A stretch of DNA of 64,000 bases from Candidatus Thorarchaeota archaeon (GTDB taxonomy: Archaea > Asgardarchaeota > Thorarchaeia > Thorarchaeales > Thorarchaeaceae), in contig JAFGAR010000040.1 in assembly GCA_016933575.1 (NCBI GenBank), positions 133,265 to 197,264 on the forward strand. Direction: 5' to 3'. Under the pieces are notes generated by a model, which was not told the origin of the DNA, did not search any database, and saw only the letters and a list, made by a program, of their open reading frames with translations. Positions 30,195 to 39,193 of the stretch are shown piece by piece (the stretch's first letter is position 1; each line of letters starts with the position of its first letter). The translations under genes were made by a program, and so were the position numbers.

Positions 30195-31394
30195 TTGGGC
30201 CAGCTGAAACGTACTACACTGCCTTTTACAGCAATTGTTGGTTTAGATAAGTTAAAGCTAGCCCTGATTCTAAACGGAGTGAACCCTCAAATTGGTGGTG
30301 TCCTGATATCTGGTCCAAAAGGTACAGGTAAGACCACTGTTGTCCGTGCTTTGGCTGATTTACTTCCAGAGGTTGACATGATAGATGAATGTCGTTTTGG
30401 TTGTAATCCTGAAAATCCTGAACTCTATTGTGAAGATTGTCGATCACGATTAAACAATGGTCAAAAGTTGAGTTCTATAAAGAGAAAGATGCGTGTCGTC
30501 AATCTACCGTTATCAACAACGGAAGATAGACTGATTGGTTCTCTCGATATCGAGCAAGTCCTTCAACAAGGAATACAGGCTCTAAGACCTGGAATTCTTG
30601 CTGAAGCTCATCAAAACGTATTGTATGTTGATGAAGTGAATCTACTCCCTGACCATCTTGTTGATGACCTTCTGGATGCAGCCGCAACCAAGATCAACAC
30701 AATAGAACGCGAAGGCATCTCAATCTCTCATCCTTCTGATTTTGTACTTATAGGCACAATGAATCCCGAGGAAGGTGAGTTGAGACCTCAGCTATTGGAC
30801 CGTTTTTCTCTTCATGTTGCAGTTGGTACAAATCATACAATCGAGGATCGAATGGAACTTGTACGGAGAAATCTTGCTTTCGAAAGAGACCCTTCCCAGT
30901 TTCATGACGATTGGTCCGCTGAACAAGAGAATCTAAGAATGAAGATCGAACGGGCAAAGGAGCTACTAGACCAAGTCACTCTCTCTGAATCTAATCTCCG
31001 AGCAATCGCTCTTGCTTGCGATGCTCTCGAAGTAGATGGTGTCAGACCGGATATTGTGATCAGTAAAACAGCTATCACTCATGCCGCTCTAGAAGGTCGT
31101 ACTGAAGTGACATTAGAAGATATGAGACTAGCATCTCAACTTGCATTGAGTCACAGAACTCGTAGAGGTGGTCTCCTTGAGCCTCCTTCTTCAGACGATA
31201 TTGATCGTGCAATAACAAAAGCCTCTGAAGTTGCAAAGAAGAACGACCGTCGAAAATCACCAACTGAAGTTCCCAAAGAAGAAGATGAAGAAGGGGAAAA
31301 AGGAGAACGTAGAAGTGGAGGGCGCTTTGGGCGACAGTCTGGATTTGCTCAGTACGGGAGACAAGAGGGCAAAAAAAAACGCCCGGTAAAATAA
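30195..31394 (+). CDS. Mg/Co-chelatase subunit I-like AAA+ ATPase
   Basis: PFTAIVG, GPKGTGKT, LYVDEVNLL, MNPEEGELRPQLLDRF; ends in a charged linker with an A9 run. Confidence 0.92.
   Translation: MGQLKRTTLPFTAIVGLDKLKLALILNGVNPQIGGVLISGPKGTGKTTVVRALADLLPEVDMIDECRFGCNPENPELYCEDCRSRLNNGQKLSSIKRKMRVVNLPLSTTEDRLIGSLDIEQVLQQGIQALRPGILAEAHQNVLYVDEVNLLPDHLVDDLLDAAATKINTIEREGISISHPSDFVLIGTMNPEEGELRPQLLDRFSLHVAVGTNHTIEDRMELVRRNLAFERDPSQFHDDWSAEQENLRMKIERAKELLDQVTLSESNLRAIALACDALEVDGVRPDIVISKTAITHAALEGRTEVTLEDMRLASQLALSHRTRRGGLLEPPSSDDIDRAITKASEVAKKNDRRKSPTEVPKEEDEEGEKGERRSGGRFGRQSGFAQYGRQEGKKKRPVK
31371..31379 (+). other. Predicted -1 frameshift site (A9; A_AAA_AAA)
   Basis: 0-frame stop 4 codons later; -1 frame open from here through 32869. 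Confidence 0.7.
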
Positions 31395-32869
31395 GAAACC
31401 CTCAAGGAGATCCCATCAAAGGCACTATCTGTGCTGTGATGATGGTCATGATTTTTTCATATTTTCTTTGGATTATTGTCAGTCCAATCAACTGGTTGTT
31501 TGGCTATTGGATTCTCCAATTTCCACCAATTCATGTTGTTATTATCGATACGATTGTTTTTGCGCCTCTCATGTGGCGACTTGTTCGTAAATGGTTGGAA
31601 GTAATGACCCGCAGGAAAAGTGGTCCTACGGCAGGGATTGACACACTAGAACCTGGCAAAGCGCAACCTGAATCTGGAGATGAATGGGGATTAGCTACTC
31701 GTCCATATACTCCAGAAAAACCTAGTCTGATCACTGGACCCAAATCTGATATCCGTGATTCTCCATTTGGTTTGGACAATGGTTTCTTTGTGAAGTCTCC
31801 TGACATTGACACTGGAGAAGAATTGTTTGACACAGAGAAATTAAGGCGTCGAGCCATTATTCGTTCTCGCGTGACTTCAGGAGGTTGGATTCACAAAAGA
31901 GTCAGTTCAAGGACAATGGGTTCTCTGAAAGGTTCTGACACAATGAAACATGGTAGACCTATTCGTTCAAGGATACCTAGTAGAGAGATTAGCAATATCC
32001 ATCTACCATCTACAATCATGGCCGCAATTTCGAGAAGTGGTCGGTCAGATGAATTTCCAATTATAATCAGCAGGGAGGATGTCCGTGAAAGTGTCTTTAC
32101 CGGGAAGACACCTCTTACAATCATTCTAGTGATTGATGTCAGTCTATCCATGAAAGGAAGCATGGATGTGGTCCGACAATTCTTAGAACGAATTGAGAGT
32201 GAAACGAGAGGTTCCAAGGATCGGACTGGAATAATTGCGTTCAAAGATAGTGGAGCTGTCGAAGTTCAGGCACCTACGACAAATTGGAATAAGATCTATA
32301 GAGCATTGGGTCGTCTAAAGGTATCTGGCTTAACACCACTTGCTGAAGCTCTCAGAAAGGCGATGGAAACAATCCGGCGAGAACGAATGCGAAGCGACAA
32401 TATTGAACCGCTGATAATTGTCGTTTCTGATTTCTCTCCAAATATCCCCCTTGCCCAATCTGTAGGACCCGGACACAGTCAGTATACACCAGTTCAGGAC
32501 CTGATTCGGACCTCTCGAATAATCCGAAAGGCGAAGGTTCGACTTGCTGCTGTCAATGTTAATCCTGAGCAAGCAAAATGGCCTAAGTTTCTGAAACGCC
32601 CTTATCATGAAGCATTAGAACTAGCAACAATGCTCAGGACCAGAAAAGAAGGTCTTGATGATCCAATTGAAACTATTCTTAGTGTTGATGAATTTCGAAA
32701 GACATTTGGAGCGTATCTGGTCGCTAGAACTGCTGGTGGTCGTGCCTATCTCTCTCGTGAACTACTCAGAGAAAAATCAATACTCGGTACAATTCTAAAT
32801 ACAGCTCAATCGAAGTCTCGTTTAGACATAGCCCAACTACGAGAGGTTGATTCATACCTTCCGAAATAA
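31379..32869 (+). CDS. ChlD-like C-terminal part: two TM helices plus vWA domain, likely translated by -1 frameshift
   Basis: MIDAS DVSLS, GLTPLAEAL, VVSD; ChlD-like GRPIRSR...IHLPSTIMAA...REDVRE; hydrophobic N-terminal pair. Confidence 0.85.
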   Translation, partial: TPGKIRNPQGDPIKGTICAVMMVMIFSYFLWIIVSPINWLFGYWILQFPPIHVVIIDTIVFAPLMWRLVRKWLEVMTRRKSGPTAGIDTLEPGKAQPESGDEWGLATRPYTPEKPSLITGPKSDIRDSPFGLDNGFFVKSPDIDTGEELFDTEKLRRRAIIRSRVTSGGWIHKRVSSRTMGSLKGSDTMKHGRPIRSRIPSREISNIHLPSTIMAAISRSGRSDEFPIIISREDVRESVFTGKTPLTIILVIDVSLSMKGSMDVVRQFLERIESETRGSKDRTGIIAFKDSGAVEVQAPTTNWNKIYRALGRLKVSGLTPLAEALRKAMETIRRERMRSDNIEPLIIVVSDFSPNIPLAQSVGPGHSQYTPVQDLIRTSRIIRKAKVRLAAVNVNPEQAKWPKFLKRPYHEALELATMLRTRKEGLDDPIETILSVDEFRKTFGAYLVARTAGGRAYLSRELLREKSILGTILNTAQSKSRLDIAQLREVDSYLPK

Positions 32870-32923
32870 TGCTGTAAGAATTGCATTCTCGATTAGATTA
32901 TTAACGATGACTCAGTTTCCCAC

Positions 32924-33030
32924 GTGCGCGTATGACTGATAAATGTCTGATGTCATAGTGAGCGAGGAGAGCCCCGTAAGGGTTTCTATGAATTTGCTTT
33001 TCATGCATCAGACACAAGTCATACGCGCAC
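32924..33030 (+). ncRNA. Box H/ACA pseudouridylation guide RNA with K-turn; predicted target 23S rRNA H69 (E. coli U1911 equivalent)
   Basis: Lower stem GUCUGAUG/CAUCAGAC; ACA at 33014-33016, 14 nt from the top of the pocket; K-turn (UAU bulge, GA/GA pairs) below a GUAA tetraloop; 5' guide GUCAUAGU complements ACUAUGAC; outer perfect 14-bp stem. Confidence 0.7.
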
Positions 33031-33051
33031 CTTCATAGGAGATTAAACCAG

Positions 33052-34062
33052 ATGCTACCGGGCAAAGTACCAGCAGAAATTCTACAGAGTATTGTGTTTT
33101 CACATCTTGGAAAAAGTGATCCCTCAGTAATCTTAGGCCCGGGACTAGGAGAAGACGCCTCCCTCATCCAAGTTGGTGATCAAATCATTGTTGCTGCAAC
33201 AGATCCAATTACAGGATCCGTGGAGGATTTGGGGTGGCTTGCAGTGCATGTTAATGCGAACGATATTGCAACTTTCGGAGTCAAACCTAGATGGTTTCTT
33301 GCAACGATTATGCTTCCCAAGGGCTTCAAGACGAGTGAACTGCAAAAGATAATGCTACAAATTGATAGCGCCGCCAAAGCGCTTGATATTGCTGTGGTCG
33401 GAGGTCATTCCGAAATTACAGAGAAACTTGAACAACCTATTATTGTAGGTTTTATGATGGGTCTCACTAAGGAAGGTCAGTATGTAACATCAAGCAGTGC
33501 ACAGCTCAGTGATGCCATTATTCTCACCAAGACTATAGGTATTGAGGGTACTGCAATACTAGCAGCAGAAGGGAAGAAGTATCTCTCTAAACATCTTTCT
33601 AAAGAGACTATCCAAGCAGCCCGTGATTTGCGAGAGCAAATAAGTGTAGTCAAGGACGGAGTTGTTGCTTTCGAAACCGGTTATGTTCATGCGATGCATG
33701 ATCCAACAGAAGGTGGTCTCTCTGGTGCGATTCATGAAATGTGTGATGCTAGTGGTCTGGGATTTGAGATTAATTTTGAAAAGATTCCGATAAGTGAACC
33801 TACAAGAGAAATCTGTGAATTACTTGAAGTGAATCCTCTCGAATTGATTAGTAGTGGTTCTATGATTATTAGTTGTGACTTGGAAAATACCAATTCTGTA
33901 ATTCAATCTTTAGAATCTAATGGAATCCAGGCAACAATGATTGGCACACTGATTGAGGATCCTCACCATCGGAAAATTCTCAAAGCTGGTCAAGTTAGCG
34001 ATTTAGCGAAACCTGATAGCGATGCTCTTTGGGAGGCTATTAAAAAAATCAATCCGCCATGA
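33052..34062 (+). CDS. AIR synthase-related (PurM/HypE/ThiL superfamily) protein
   Basis: GEDAS, TDPITG, NANDIA, GGHSE, MHDPTEGG. Confidence 0.88.
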   Translation: MLPGKVPAEILQSIVFSHLGKSDPSVILGPGLGEDASLIQVGDQIIVAATDPITGSVEDLGWLAVHVNANDIATFGVKPRWFLATIMLPKGFKTSELQKIMLQIDSAAKALDIAVVGGHSEITEKLEQPIIVGFMMGLTKEGQYVTSSSAQLSDAIILTKTIGIEGTAILAAEGKKYLSKHLSKETIQAARDLREQISVVKDGVVAFETGYVHAMHDPTEGGLSGAIHEMCDASGLGFEINFEKIPISEPTREICELLEVNPLELISSGSMIISCDLENTNSVIQSLESNGIQATMIGTLIEDPHHRKILKAGQVSDLAKPDSDALWEAIKKINPP

Positions 34063-34828
34063 ATTTTCTTAACGTTTCAATGTCTCTTTCATGAATAAAC
34101 TCAATTATGACTGGAGATAGTGAAATGTTATTTTTTACCAGAACTTCATACGCGTCAGTTCCCTCTGGCGGATCGGTTTCAATCCCAAGATACCAAAAAT
34201 AAGGTCGACCATTTGGATCAACTCTTCTTTCAACTTTATTATGCATTCTAATTTTTGTTGGTTTTGTTACCACCAATTCACTAGTATCCGATAAATCACA
34301 TGGGAAATTCAAATTGAGTAGGTCTATTCCTTTTGGCATTCCCTTGTCAAGTACTCTCATGACAATATCCTTTGTCATTCGACACACAATTTCACATTCT
34401 CGTGTCGAACCTGTAGAATCAAACCACTCTTGGGGTGATGCTTCACGCGATACAGCAATCGCTGGAATTCCTCTAATAGCCGCTTCAAATGCAGCACCTA
34501 CAGTCCCACTTGTAAGCATGCTTTGATAGCCTAGATTCGCTCCAGTATTGGGACCCGAAACAAAAATATCAATATTCTCAAAGAATGATTCTGCAAGAAT
34601 AACGGAATCTGCGGGGAGTCCATCATGACTGACAAAAGTGTAACCATTCTGCTTGTGTTGTTCTGTGATTCTTATTGGGCTCTTTAGCGTAAGTGCTTTC
34701 CCTGATGCACTCCTCTGTCCATCTGGGACTACTACGAAGAGCTCTACATCTTTACTCAAGACTTCCGCAAGTTTCAAGAGACCATCACTTCGCGGACCAT
34801 CATCGTTCGTTAAGCAGACTCGATACAT
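34049..34828 (-). CDS. surE: 5'/3'-nucleotidase SurE
   Basis: LTNDDG, SGPNTGANLG, SGTVGAA, DPNGRPYFW. Confidence 0.95.
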   Translation of the reverse strand: MYRVCLTNDDGPRSDGLLKLAEVLSKDVELFVVVPDGQRSASGKALTLKSPIRITEQHKQNGYTFVSHDGLPADSVILAESFFENIDIFVSGPNTGANLGYQSMLTSGTVGAAFEAAIRGIPAIAVSREASPQEWFDSTGSTRECEIVCRMTKDIVMRVLDKGMPKGIDLLNLNFPCDLSDTSELVVTKPTKIRMHNKVERRVDPNGRPYFWYLGIETDPPEGTDAYEVLVKNNISLSPVIIEFIHERDIETLRKFMAD

Positions 34829-34891
34829 CAGAAACCACTCTTAATAATCAATGAGCATGTCGTTGTAGAATACTGATAAGAGTGGTGATAT

Positions 34892-34928
34892 GAAAAAGAA
34901 AAGGTTGTGGAAGCATTAGAGCTTCCAC
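34892..34928 (-). terminator. Hairpin plus U-tract terminator of the histone gene
   Basis: GTGGAAGC-6nt-GCTTCCAC then (minus strand) AACCTTTTCTTTTTC. Confidence 0.7.
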
Positions 34929-34955
34929 TCCCGGCATCGTGAGATTGTCTTCTAT

Positions 34956-35126
34956 TTAAAGGTCGTAAGGCTTGAGAGTCTTACGCTTATTCTCGTTAGT
35001 CCTTTTAGCTGCATGGTCAAGGAATTCGCCAACCTTCTTGTCCAAAGCAGCATAGAAGTCTCCACTAACTTGGAGGTTCTTTTTCTTAGCATAGTCTTGA
35101 ATTGCTTTCTTAACGACAAAACTCAT
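34956..35126 (-). CDS. Short histone-fold protein (56 aa, truncated alpha3)
   Basis: Not in ORF track; MSFVVKKAIQDYAKKKNLQVSGDFYAALDKKVGEFLDHAAKRTNENKRKTLKPYDL; RKTxxxxD motif; GGAGGAGTGA SD; CTTATAAG box. Confidence 0.9.
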   Translation of the reverse strand: MSFVVKKAIQDYAKKKNLQVSGDFYAALDKKVGEFLDHAAKRTNENKRKTLKPYDL

Positions 35127-35420
35127 TGTCTACATCACTCCTCCTAAGAGTGCTCTAGAATGCGTTCTAGTCCCTTATAAGGCTTTACAGAGATGTCAAT
35201 TTATCGGCGCGAAATGGCTATTTTAGTGAATTTGCGCATTTTGAAGCAAAAATTGGCTTTTCCCACTTGAATTGTCATTCTTTCCATAACTGAAGAAGCT
35301 AGGTCCATTCAATATAGCATCAGTGCACCCATTCTCTTTCGCTGATAATAACCTCAAAACATCTAAAAGACTGCATCACTTTGTGAAATCAGATATGTGG
35401 TTCTGAGGTGAGAATATAGA

Positions 35421-36203
35421 TTGAGATATGCTCTTGGAGTCCTTATCGGTGCTTTGATTCCCGGTATCATTTTTATGGGAGCCGCTGCAATCAAGATCGC
35501 TGGAATTGGCGCAGATGCAGTAGTTCGTGCTGCTCTATGGAGTGTCTATACTCTATGGTTCTTACTCAGTATCGTAGTATCAGCTACTATTCCTATCATC
35601 GTGTATTTCGCAAAGAAGGACCTGTTTCGTGAATTCTTAATTTATGAAGCTGGAGGTTTTGGATTCTTCTCCCCTCTCTGGCTTTTCTTTGCAACCGAAA
35701 TCTCTGGAAACTCTTGGACAAGTCTTTTCATCTATGGAATCACTCAAGGTCTAATTGGCCCTGGTCCTGAAGGCAATTTAGTTGGAATCGATATCAGTAA
35801 TTCATTCTTGATACCTATCCTCATACTATCTATGATCCTTGGGATCATTTTTCTAAATCCGTCTTTTGTAGCAAAGCATAGTCAGCCTTCCGAATTACCA
35901 GAGTTGACTGCACTCAAGAAAACAAGTGCACCTACTGAAGAAGAGGAAATGGAAGCTGAGATGCCTGATGTAGCTCCTCCTGTCACAACAGTTGACAGTG
36001 TTTCAAATCTCAGGGATATTTTAATTGAATTGGGTACAACTGATCCGATTATCAATTTGATTCTCAATGCAGGAATCGGAACCACAACAGAGTTTGTTGC
36101 AACAAGTCCTGATCAGTTAGCTAATCTAACTGGAATTGACAAACGGGCTGCTGAGACTCTGTTAATCTCAGTTCAGAAGAAACTCTGGTTCAGCGATATT
36201 TGA
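35421..36203 (+). CDS. Membrane protein with C-terminal helix-hairpin-helix domain
   Basis: About 4 TM; LNAGIGT...LANLTGIDKRAAETL. Confidence 0.75.
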   Translation: MRYALGVLIGALIPGIIFMGAAAIKIAGIGADAVVRAALWSVYTLWFLLSIVVSATIPIIVYFAKKDLFREFLIYEAGGFGFFSPLWLFFATEISGNSWTSLFIYGITQGLIGPGPEGNLVGIDISNSFLIPILILSMILGIIFLNPSFVAKHSQPSELPELTALKKTSAPTEEEEMEAEMPDVAPPVTTVDSVSNLRDILIELGTTDPIINLILNAGIGTTTEFVATSPDQLANLTGIDKRAAETLLISVQKKLWFSDI

Positions 36204-36210
36204 TAGGGTC

Positions 36211-36957
36211 CTACTCATGATACAAGTCATATAGTGCATCAAGAGCAATTGTGACTAAGTCGTCTATAGGTGGCTTTCCAACAATCTTACTTTCTTTCTC
36301 AATATTTTCACCGATGGCCACACATATCGCACCGACTCTTACATTCCGAAGTTGCCCTATTACAAATAGAGATGAAGCTTCCATTTCTGTTGCAAGAACT
36401 CCAGCTTGTTTCATTAAATTCCACTTTTTGCGCATCGATTCAGGATCTGCAACATATGATGAATGCTCACTATAAAATGCATCCTTGCTATGACCTATAC
36501 CTACATGAAAACGACTACCCCGTTTTTGAGCAGTTCTCGCTAATGTCATCACAACTCCTGGATCTGCAACAGCTGGAAATTCAATAGGAACATACTGCCT
36601 TGATGTTCCTTCATCTCGAACAGATCCTGTAAATATTACAACATCCCCTGAGTGAACCTTATGACTAATTGCTCCTGTTGTACCTACTCTGATGAAGATC
36701 TTGCACCCAATCTTGATTAACTCTTCAAGAGCAATTGCAGCTGACGGGCATCCAATGCCTGTTGAACAAACACCAACTGGTACTCCCTTCCACGTACCTC
36801 TGAAGCTCCAATATTCGCGACATTTTGCAACCTCAATGGGATTTTCAAAAAATGTGTTTGCTATTTTCTTTGAACGATCTGGGTCGCCAGGCAGCAGAAC
36901 TAACGCAGGCATTTCACCTTTGTTAATTCCGATATGATATTCCTTCTCTGATTCCAT
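36211..36957 (-). CDS. Uridine/purine nucleoside phosphorylase (PNP/UDP family)
   Basis: PGDPDR, REY, GIGCPS, RVGT, EMEA. Confidence 0.9.
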   Translation of the reverse strand: MESEKEYHIGINKGEMPALVLLPGDPDRSKKIANTFFENPIEVAKCREYWSFRGTWKGVPVGVCSTGIGCPSAAIALEELIKIGCKIFIRVGTTGAISHKVHSGDVVIFTGSVRDEGTSRQYVPIEFPAVADPGVVMTLARTAQKRGSRFHVGIGHSKDAFYSEHSSYVADPESMRKKWNLMKQAGVLATEMEASSLFVIGQLRNVRVGAICVAIGENIEKESKIVGKPPIDDLVTIALDALYDLYHE

Positions 36958-37081
36958 TCTTCAACACAGACGCGCTGGTAGACCCACCTGAGAAAAGGAT
37001 TTCGTATTAGCCCCCCTTTTCTGTTTCATTCATTGCATATAATGTTTAAATCTCCTTCAATCCAATCAATCAATTGAGCGG

Positions 37082-37312
37082 GTGAAATTGAATGAAGAAC
37101 TGACAGAAATACAACTACATATTCTCTTGATAATAGAAAATGACACAAAACGTGCTTCTGCAATCACTTCAATTTTATCCAGTCATCATTTGACATGCAA
37201 TCAAAATCAAGTGATTCAAGCTCTTAATGACCTGAAGAAGAGGAGATTTGCAGTAAGAAGTACATCGAAGGGATGGTCTGCGCGGAGAAGAGCTAATGAA
37301 CCTCCCAGATAG
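37082..37312 (+). CDS. Small winged-helix protein
   Basis: LTEIQLHIL...VIQALNDLKKR...W; TTTAAAT box upstream. Confidence 0.55.
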   Translation: MKLNEELTEIQLHILLIIENDTKRASAITSILSSHHLTCNQNQVIQALNDLKKRRFAVRSTSKGWSARRRANEPPR

Positions 37313-37320
37313 TAGTTCTC

Positions 37321-38313
37321 TTAAGAATCAAGGAAATCAACAATAGTATCTGCTACATTGTAACAAAGATTCTGATTTTCCTTACAGAAGATTTCATTAT
37401 TCACAGTATTTGATGTAACAATCTTTCCATTGCATTTCTCAATGAGGCGTTCCAATAATTCCTCGCCTCGTTCTATCAATGGGACCACGTGAGCAACGGC
37501 TAACACAACTTCTTTGGCGCCTTGATCCAATAGCCTGTCTCGAGCCTTTAATAGCGTACTCCCACTCTTTGTGAGATCGTCAATTACAATCACATTTAGA
37601 TCTTTAACATCAAGGTTTCCATGGAGTTCAACTCTATATGAGTTGGTCCTACTCTTTCCAAAACCATCTATTTTGTATCGCTCTTGAGCTCCTTCATCTG
37701 GAGCAACAATAACACAATCATCAAACGCAAACTCTCTTTTGGCGTGTTCTACTAGGTCCGGAATCACATCAACTATCTTGTACAATCCTCTATCTTTGAG
37801 ATTTTTAACCCAGTCAAGACTATCTGGAGCATGCGGACTTACTACATACATCTTATTGCAAGCTTTTGATATCGTTTCAACTGCCCACCGACCAGATGCA
37901 GCCTCTCCAGTTTCAAATGATTTATCCTGCAAAGCAAATGGTTGAAATGTCAAAACGACCTCCACACTTTTTGGGGGCGGCACAGGTGTACATTTGTACT
38001 GCTTATGCCCCGTTTTCTCTACTTCAAGTGGTCTGGAAAGCATGTCCAAAATTAGTAACAGTTCAACAACTCTATCTGATGTAGTATACTCCTCTGCCTC
38101 TGCAGGTCCTGACCCTGTACAACTTTGCACAACAACAACACGTCTTCCAGAGAGCTGAGCAACCTTACCAATTTTGACATAGATGTCAGCATTTGGAAAC
38201 ATACGCTTGTGGTCATAATTTAGGTCCGAGGTATACACCCGAAAACCAAGTTCCTCAAACCTACTCTCAAGGTGTTCTGCTCCGCTTGCTAAAATGACAT
38301 CATAGTCTTTCAT
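37321..38313 (-). CDS. Divergent ribose-phosphate pyrophosphokinase/phosphoribosyltransferase
   Basis: FPNADIYV, QDKSFETGE, APDEGA, IDDLTKSGSTL. Confidence 0.75.
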   Translation of the reverse strand: MKDYDVILASGAEHLESRFEELGFRVYTSDLNYDHKRMFPNADIYVKIGKVAQLSGRRVVVVQSCTGSGPAEAEEYTTSDRVVELLLILDMLSRPLEVEKTGHKQYKCTPVPPPKSVEVVLTFQPFALQDKSFETGEAASGRWAVETISKACNKMYVVSPHAPDSLDWVKNLKDRGLYKIVDVIPDLVEHAKREFAFDDCVIVAPDEGAQERYKIDGFGKSRTNSYRVELHGNLDVKDLNVIVIDDLTKSGSTLLKARDRLLDQGAKEVVLAVAHVVPLIERGEELLERLIEKCNGKIVTSNTVNNEIFCKENQNLCYNVADTIVDFLDS

Positions 38314-38482
38314 TACTAGCACCGTCAAATGTGGCCAAAATCTCCGCCTTAAAGATGTTTGTCCCTCTCAAAATATGTTGTTCTTCAGTTCTAGAGCCAA
38401 ATTATTGAAATAGACTCTCTGAGGAATAACCTAAAATAAATGTCGTACAAAGAAACCTTGCTACTATAGGGCTGTGCTTTGA

Positions 38483-39184
38483 TTGAGTCTGACTGCAAGA
38501 GAGCTTTTACAGAAGCTTGCAACTGATACGGGTCTATCCTATCACTCAATAGCTAGACGTGTTAATCGATTGATGGAAAAAGGCACGGGCTTGCTGGAGT
38601 CTGTTCAAATAATTGCGAAAGAACAAAAACTCAATTCTAAGAAGTATAAGATTAATCCTGTAAAGATTGTTGAAGAGGCTGAGAAGATACTTAGAGAGGA
38701 TTATACTCAGACCTTGATGATATCTGCAGTACTAGGTCAGATGGTTGAATCCAAAGGGAATGATAGATTTCCGCCACCTGCTTTTTTTGCATTTATCGAG
38801 ATGTTATCTATAATCTCCGATGCTCGAAAAGATCGAAAGTCTGAAACCTCGATTGAGATAGAAGAACGAACAACCCGAATTATTGAGTTAATGACAACAC
38901 TTGTATCTGTTTTATGTGAGTGGTCTGAGCAGGGTATTGTAGGTGTTTCTGCCGATTGTCCGGATTCACTTAGAGAGATGGCTCGTGCAGTCTTTAGGAA
39001 GACCAAGCTGCTTCAAGGTGGTCTATGGACTTGCATTTCTTGCGGTAACATTGTTGAACTACGGGAAACAAGAGCCTTGATGTGCCAAGAATGTGATAAG
39101 AATGTATCAAGTAAGATATCCCTTGAGGAACGCTTTGAATCAATGGGCGGCAGAAATCGTACTGGATATGGCCGAACAGGTTAG
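38483..39184 (+). CDS. Hypothetical protein with C-terminal Zn ribbon
   Basis: CISCG...CQEC. Confidence 0.75.
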   Translation: MSLTARELLQKLATDTGLSYHSIARRVNRLMEKGTGLLESVQIIAKEQKLNSKKYKINPVKIVEEAEKILREDYTQTLMISAVLGQMVESKGNDRFPPPAFFAFIEMLSIISDARKDRKSETSIEIEERTTRIIELMTTLVSVLCEWSEQGIVGVSADCPDSLREMARAVFRKTKLLQGGLWTCISCGNIVELRETRALMCQECDKNVSSKISLEERFESMGGRNRTGYGRTG

Positions 39185-39193
39185 ATTATAGTT

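Noticed and set aside
30195-32869. Chlorophyll synthesis, or a pseudogene
   Set aside because: No bch/chl genes; both halves keep intact motifs and the break lies at a slippery run in the linker
32924-33030. TPP riboswitch or MITE upstream of the ThiL/PurM-like gene
   Set aside because: Lacks the TPP CUGAGA/ACCUG core; no target-site duplication or second copy; H/ACA geometry explains it
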